Of a stretch of DNA of 38,711 bases, positions 34,496 through 38,711 are shown piece by piece. The notes under the pieces were generated by a model. It made no database searches. It was given only the letters and a program-made list of their open reading frames with translations, and was not told the origin of the DNA. The translations under genes and the position numbers were made by a program. The DNA is from an uncultured Gammaproteobacteria bacterium. GTDB lineage: Bacteria > Patescibacteriota > Patescibacteriia > Patescibacteriales > GWC2-42-12. The stretch is from contig CAZLKB010000003.1 in assembly GCA_964560005.1 (NCBI GenBank), forward strand, positions 1 through 38,711. The letters are read 5' to 3'. Position 1 is the stretch's first letter. The number at the start of each line of letters is the position of its first letter.

Positions 34496-35284
34496 ATGTC
34501 TATCGTTTTCTCCGCCATTGTCCCCCACCCGCCTCTGCTTATTCCGACAATCGGCAAAGAAAATTTAAAACGGCTCCAGGCCACGGCTGATGCTTATTTG
34601 CGTCTGGAAGAAGATTTATACGCTTCGCAAGCTGAAACTATACTGGTAATTTCGCCCCACGGCCCCTTGCAGGAAAAAGCCTTTACCCTTAACTTAAGCC
34701 CTGAATTTCAGGGTGATTTTGAAGATTTCGGCGACTTAGCTACGAAATTCAACCTAAGGGGTAATATCGGACTGGCTCATAAAATCAGGGAAAAAATGGA
34801 ATCCATCGCGCCCTTGGTGCTGATAAGCGAAAGCCGGCTTGATCACGGAACATCAATCCCGCTCTACCGGCTAAGCAGGCATTTGCCTAAAATAAAAATC
34901 ATTCCGCTTTATTATTCGGGGCTGGACTTGGCGGCTCATTATAATATGGGGCAAATTATAAAAAACGAGCTATTAAGCTCTAAAGATAAAATCGCCGTGA
35001 TTGCTTCGGGCGATCTTTCTCACCGCTTGACGAAAAACGCGCCGGCCGGATACAGCCCCAAGGGAAGCAAATTTGATAAGAAGCTGATTGATAATTTAAT
35101 AAAAAAACAAACCGGTGAAATAATAAAATTCAGCCGCGGCTTCGTGGCTGACGCCGGAGAATGCGGCTTGAAATCTATTGTTATTTTGCTGGGCATTTTA
35201 GAGGGCATCAAATACGAACCCGAGCTTCTTTCTTATGAATCGCCTTTCGGAGTCGGATACTTAGCGATGAATTTCCGATTATGA
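34496..35284 (+). CDS. amrB: AmmeMemoRadiSam protein B / MEMO-like class III extradiol dioxygenase fold
   Basis: 'IVPHPPLLIP', 'ISPHG', 'LDHG..IPL', 'IASGDLSHRL', 'AGECG' and 'YE.PFGVGY' motifs. Confidence 0.85.
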   Translation: MSIVFSAIVPHPPLLIPTIGKENLKRLQATADAYLRLEEDLYASQAETILVISPHGPLQEKAFTLNLSPEFQGDFEDFGDLATKFNLRGNIGLAHKIREKMESIAPLVLISESRLDHGTSIPLYRLSRHLPKIKIIPLYYSGLDLAAHYNMGQIIKNELLSSKDKIAVIASGDLSHRLTKNAPAGYSPKGSKFDKKLIDNLIKKQTGEIIKFSRGFVADAGECGLKSIVILLGILEGIKYEPELLSYESPFGVGYLAMNFRL

Positions 35285-35553
35285 TTCTGTTGCGCGCCGC
35301 CTTCTACAATTTTAAAAAAATACCTCCAAGGTTCGCCGCTACGACACAATTCCTTAGTATCGTTCAGGCATTTTTCTATGAAGGTTCTAGGCTTTTGCTT
35401 GCAAACCTTAAAAACCGCGCTTCTTTTAAAATCCGGAACGGTTAATTGCTGGATCACCCGCAAAGCCAGGTCTTGCCAGGCATAGGCCGGTAATTTTTTC
35501 GGTTTTCTTATAAGCAAGTCGCCTATTTTTTCCAGGCCTTTATCTATTTGCAT
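35233..35553 (-). CDS. Small basic hypothetical protein (start re-called at 35553)
   Basis: TG-T-TATAAT ends 6 nt before ATG 35553. The 3' end overlaps the amrB 3' end by 52 nt. Confidence 0.7.
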   Translation of the reverse strand: MQIDKGLEKIGDLLIRKPKKLPAYAWQDLALRVIQQLTVPDFKRSAVFKVCKQKPRTFIEKCLNDTKELCRSGEPWRYFFKIVEGGAQQNHNRKFIAKYPTPKGDS

Positions 35554-35646
35554 AATTATATTATAACACACAAATCAACTTGATTTAAATCTGTATTTTG
35601 CTATAGTTAATAACCGTTTAATTAAAAAATAAATATTTATAATAAC

Positions 35647-36141
35647 ATGCCAATTTTAAAGATAATTACCCAGCCTAACCCTACTTTAAGAAAAAAATCC
35701 AAAGACATAAACCTTAAAGAAATCGACTCCCGAGAATTCAGGGGGTTGATTTCATCAATGGCGAAAACCATGATTGAAACCGACGGCGTCGGCTTGGCGG
35801 CTCCGCAAATAGGTAAAAATATAAAATTAGCCGTTATAAATTCCAAAGACGGGCCTTTCTGCTTGATCAACCCGAAGATTATAAGAAAATCCTGGGCAAA
35901 AGAACTAGACCAAGAAGGCTGTCTTTCTATCCCGGGAGTTTTTGGCAAGGTGAAAAGGTCAAAAAATATTACCTTGGTTTATTATGACCGGCTGGGAAAA
36001 AAGATCAAGCAAAGCGTTAAAGGACTGATGGCCAGGGTAATGCAGCATGAAATTGATCACTTGGATGGAATCTTGTTTATTGATAAAGCGGTGGAGATTG
36101 AAAATGCAAAGTCTAAATCTCAAAATGAAAAAGTTGCCTAA
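35647..36141 (+). CDS. def: Peptide deformylase
   Basis: GVGLAAPQ, EGCLS and HEIDH motifs. Confidence 0.98.
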   Translation: MPILKIITQPNPTLRKKSKDINLKEIDSREFRGLISSMAKTMIETDGVGLAAPQIGKNIKLAVINSKDGPFCLINPKIIRKSWAKELDQEGCLSIPGVFGKVKRSKNITLVYYDRLGKKIKQSVKGLMARVMQHEIDHLDGILFIDKAVEIENAKSKSQNEKVA

Positions 36142-36142
36142 T

Positions 36143-37078
36143 ATGGATAAAACAAAAATCATCTTTATCGGCACTTCCGCTTTCGGTTTGCCGGTTTTTA
36201 ATGCCCTGGCTGAAAATGAAGATTTCAACATAGTCTTAGCTATCACCCAGCCCGATAAGCCGTCCGGCCGAAAACAAATTATTATTTCCCCGCCGATTAA
36301 AACAGCGGCTGAAAAAAATAATATTACCGTCTTGCAGCCGGAGCATATTATTGACATTAAAGAAAAGATTGCCATGCTAAAGCCTGGCCTGATAGTAGTC
36401 GTCGCCTATGCCCAGCTGATTCCGGAGGAAATCCTGAATATTCCCGAATTCGGCTGCCTTAATCTGCACGCTTCACTGTTGCCGAAATATCGCGGCGCCG
36501 CCATTATTCAGGCCGCGATTTTAAACGGGGATGAAAAAACCGGACTTACCATAATTAAAATGGACAAAGGTTTTGATACCGGTCCGATTTTAGCGCAAAC
36601 ATCAATTAATATCGGCCAAAACGACACCGCCGGCAGCCTTTACGCCAAATTATCGGAAATCAGCGCCGATTTTTTCCTTGATGCCGCTAAACAATATTTA
36701 AACGGTAAAATCACTCCTCAACCGCAAGACCATTTAAAAGCCGGCTATGTGAAAACTTTGGCGAAAAGCGACGGTCTGATAGATTGGCAAAAACCGGCCG
36801 AAGCCTTAGAAAGATTTATCAGAGCGATGTCGCCCTGGCCGGTTGGCTGGACCTGGTGGCAAGGCAAGCAATTAAAAATAATTTCCGTGCAAAGCCAGCC
36901 GATTGAAATTAACTCATATAAACCCGGTAAAACTTTTAAATATAACAGCGGCTTAGCCGTGCAATGCGGTAAAAACGCACTTATTATAAAAAAACTTCAG
37001 CTTGAAGGCAGAACGGAATTGGAGAGCGAAGCCTTTTTAAGAGGGCAAAAAGATTTCATCGGCGGCATCTTGGGTTGA
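36143..37078 (+). CDS. fmt: Methionyl-tRNA formyltransferase (start re-called at 36143)
   Basis: 'IIFIGTSAF', 'TQPDKPSGR', 'NLHASLLPKYRGAA' and 'FDTGPI'. Starts right after the def stop. Confidence 0.97.
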   Translation: MDKTKIIFIGTSAFGLPVFNALAENEDFNIVLAITQPDKPSGRKQIIISPPIKTAAEKNNITVLQPEHIIDIKEKIAMLKPGLIVVVAYAQLIPEEILNIPEFGCLNLHASLLPKYRGAAIIQAAILNGDEKTGLTIIKMDKGFDTGPILAQTSINIGQNDTAGSLYAKLSEISADFFLDAAKQYLNGKITPQPQDHLKAGYVKTLAKSDGLIDWQKPAEALERFIRAMSPWPVGWTWWQGKQLKIISVQSQPIEINSYKPGKTFKYNSGLAVQCGKNALIIKKLQLEGRTELESEAFLRGQKDFIGGILG

Positions 37079-37112
37079 TGCGCTTTAATGATATTCATAT
37101 TCGCGTGTCCGG

Positions 37113-37173
37113 CCCCGCATTTGCGGGGTAGCGCCGGCCGCCCGTCTCGCCTGAAGGCGAAGCCGAGGTGGAC
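37113..37173. repeat. Cluster of GC-rich palindromes after fmt
   Basis: CCCCGC-ATTT-GCGGGG (37113-37128) and CCGTCTCGCCTGAAGGCGAAGCCGAGGTGGAC (37142-37173). Confidence 0.7.
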
Positions 37174-37358
37174 GAAGCGAAAATTAAACAAAGCGCCCGC
37201 ACATTATTCATATGCGGACGCTCCAATCCCCATGCATTGCTATTATTCGTATTCAATACTTATAACAGCAGACATTCGTTGAGACACAGACTAATCCATA
37301 TCTCAACTCTAATTTCAGTCTAGAGCCAGCGTCGTAAATCAGTCAAGAGGAGAAACTA

Positions 37359-37388
37359 TTGATAAGTAGCGATATTTATGTGTATAAT
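37359..37388 (+). promoter_or_regulatory. Sigma70 promoter for the tRNA
   Basis: TTGATA-18 nt-TATAAT. Confidence 0.5.
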
Positions 37389-37410
37389 ATGTTAATAAAG
37401 AGTTAATGAT

Positions 37411-37482
37411 GCCGAATTCGTCTAGTGGCTAGGACACATGGTTCTCATCCATGAAACACGGGTCCGATTCCCGTATTCGGTA
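37411..37482 (+). tRNA. tRNA-Glu, anticodon CUC, no encoded CCA
   Basis: Acceptor GCCGAAT/ATTCGGT, D arm GTC..GAC, anticodon arm CATGG-TTCTCAT-CCATG, T arm ACGGG-TCCGATT-CCCGT. Confidence 0.95.
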
Positions 37483-37493
37483 CAAAATCAAAC

Positions 37494-37522
37494 TTGACAA
37501 AAAAATTTATTTAATCTAGTCT
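37494..37522 (+). promoter_or_regulatory. Sigma70 promoter for a leaderless leader peptide
   Basis: TTGACA-17 nt-TAGTCT, ending 6 nt before ATG 37529. Confidence 0.65.
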
Positions 37523-37528
37523 AAAAAC

Positions 37529-37603
37529 ATGAACAACCAATCGATAAAAACGATAAAGAGCGATTTTAGCATGATGAAAAGCCTGAAGATGTCCTGCGGC
37601 TAG
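37529..37603 (+). CDS. Putative leader peptide, 24 aa (MNNQSIKTIKSDFSMMKSLKMSCG)
   Basis: Translated by hand. The stop codon overlaps the 5' arm of an antiterminator-like helix. Confidence 0.55.
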   Translation: MNNQSIKTIKSDFSMMKSLKMSCG

Positions 37604-37664
37604 GGTTGTCTTAAATTATTTGCCAATTTAAAACAGCCCTATGCCAAAGGACTGTTTTTTGTTT
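37601..37664 (+). terminator. Overlapping antiterminator/terminator (attenuator-like)
   Basis: 37601-37617 pairs with 37625-37641. Alternatively 37630-37640 pairs with 37648-37659, followed by a T tract. Confidence 0.7.
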
Positions 37665-37761
37665 ATCGTCTGACTAATTTGATTTTTGACTGGTATTCGC
37701 AATGGTTTTGCGCCGCTTGGCGCTGATTGCGAGTAGCAATAAAAATCAAACCACAAGAGCT

Positions 37762-37944
37762 ATGACAACGAATCCGGAAAATCTGACGCACGCGGCAAAG
37801 GTGACCTGCAGCAATATTGATTGCTCAATTCGCCTGCCGGCTGAAAAAATGATCCACGATGGACACGGCACCTACTTTTGCTCTACGGACTGCCGAAAAA
37901 GGCAAATCAGAGTGGCCAGGCGGGAAAGTTCCGCCCGCAACTAA
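37762..37944 (+). CDS. Small Cys/His metal-binding protein, TRASH/YHS-like (start re-called at 37762)
   Basis: 'CSNIDC...YFCSTDCR' pattern, an A/C-rich leader and its own terminator. Confidence 0.65.
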   Translation: MTTNPENLTHAAKVTCSNIDCSIRLPAEKMIHDGHGTYFCSTDCRKRQIRVARRESSARN

Positions 37945-37953
37945 TTGCCTCCA

Positions 37954-38005
37954 GGGGAGTGAAGACGCGAAAAGTGACATTCTCGACTTTACTCCCCCTT
38001 TTTTT
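37954..38005. terminator. Terminator between convergent genes
   Basis: GGGGAGTGAAG/CTTTACTCCCC stem plus T tract. Confidence 0.75.
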
Positions 38006-38019
38006 ATTTAATATAAAAT

Positions 38020-38358
38020 TTATAAAAATCGAGCGAGAATTATTAAAGAAATAATTGCCAGGCTTATCCCGATGATTTCAATAAAAGATATTTTTTCTTT
38101 AAAATAAAAAACACTTACTAAAGTCAATAATACAACACAACTGACTGCATACAAAACGCCAAGAGTAGAAAGTTTTACTTTTCTCATTAAAAAAAACCAA
38201 CCGAATGCCGTGAGTCCGTAAATAATTGCCCCGCAAATTAAGGCTTGCCAACCAGAAAAACCGTTTTGTAGCGAGGCATGCTTAATGAAAACATCGGCAA
38301 GAACGGTTATGGCGCTTAATCCTATTCCAATTAGGAAAACAATTAATATTGTATTCAT
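38020..38358 (-). CDS. Small DMT/SMR-superfamily membrane transporter
   Basis: 112 aa, four TM helices, 'S.YFKEKIS....IGI.L' ending. Confidence 0.8.
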   Translation of the reverse strand: MNTILIVFLIGIGLSAITVLADVFIKHASLQNGFSGWQALICGAIIYGLTAFGWFFLMRKVKLSTLGVLYAVSCVVLLTLVSVFYFKEKISFIEIIGISLAIISLIILARFL

Positions 38359-38392
38359 GTTTATTGATCAAGAATATATTATTTTATTCTTA

Positions 38393-38711
38393 TTACTTCC
38401 CTTTCCATTCCCTGCCCTGCCTGACTAATAATTCTTCGGCGCGAAGCGGCTCGGCCATAATTTTTTTAACCACTTTTTCCATTCTGGCGGCTTGCGACCC
38501 TTTAACCAAAATTATATCTCCGGTTTTAATTCTTTCTTCAATGAATTTGCCGGCTTCTTCGGGCGCGGCAAAATGAAAAACATCATCGGCCTTCATGCCG
38601 GCCGCTTTAGCTCCGCGAGCGATATCGCGGGATCTTTCACCGACCACGATCAATTTATGAATTTTATTTTTTACTACCGCTTGGCCAACCTGCTCATGGC
38701 CGGCCTGGCTA
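38393..38711 (-). CDS. murF: 3' part of UDP-N-acetylmuramoyl-tripeptide--D-Ala-D-Ala ligase (runs off the right edge)
   Basis: 'H.QVG......KLIVVGE.S..IA.GA...G' and 'GDIILVKGSQAARME.VV' C-terminal MurF motifs. The frame is open to the window end. Confidence 0.88.
   Translation of the reverse strand, partial: SQAGHEQVGQAVVKNKIHKLIVVGERSRDIARGAKAAGMKADDVFHFAAPEEAGKFIEERIKTGDIILVKGSQAARMEKVVKKIMAEPLRAEELLVRQGREWKGK

Noticed and set aside
4654-36375. Numerous short antisense or overlapping ORFs in the track (for example 4926-5246, 5926-6309, 21430-21984, 29121-29486, 30152-30556, 33499-33801, 35959-36375)
   Set aside because: They are shadow frames of well-supported genes, with no motifs or independent expression signals.
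37088-37282. 64-aa ORF after fmt
   Set aside because: It is composed largely of palindromic repeat sequence, so it is probably not a gene.
10574-38417. KOPS-like GGGCAGGG octamers pointing toward the dif-like site (about 10574 on plus, 38410-38417 on minus)
   Set aside because: About one per strand is expected by chance in this length, my scan was not exhaustive, and the motif is not established for this lineage.
1-38711. Alternative genetic code (UGA = Gly, code 25)
   Set aside because: Conserved genes are full length under code 11, and UGA acts as a stop at 9017, 20799 and 29740.

Overview
A 38.7 kb chromosomal window, probably from a Patescibacteria (CPR) genome of the ABY1/Falkowbacteria type. 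The taxonomy is inferred from gene content and surface-protein style, and the genetic code is standard code 11. The backbone is housekeeping: a surface-polysaccharide block (flippase, GT4, GT2, O-antigen ligase-like), greA, lysS, serS, ddl, ftsQ-like, an M23 peptidase, gltX, a TagA-Nudix fusion, two AmmeMemoRadiSam genes, CIRCE-controlled clpB, def-fmt, tRNA-Glu(CUC) and the 3' end of murF. The strongest candidate for a new system is the GC-richer block at about 27.4-32.6 kb. It has a ParB-like CTPase-fold gene translationally coupled to a sensor-less sigma54-type AAA+ activator, then a ParB paralog made of two tandem DNA-binding domains with no CTPase domain. Facing the other way is an FN3/dockerin-like gene behind a roughly 170-nt multi-branched candidate RNA. 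Other signals read by eye: a textbook-shaped leader-peptide attenuator after the tRNA, a symmetric 28-bp dif-like site, nested palindromic elements (several inserted in frame in enzymes), and repeated leaderless extended -10 promoters. No database searches, folding programs or alignments could be run, so all family calls rest on motif recognition.
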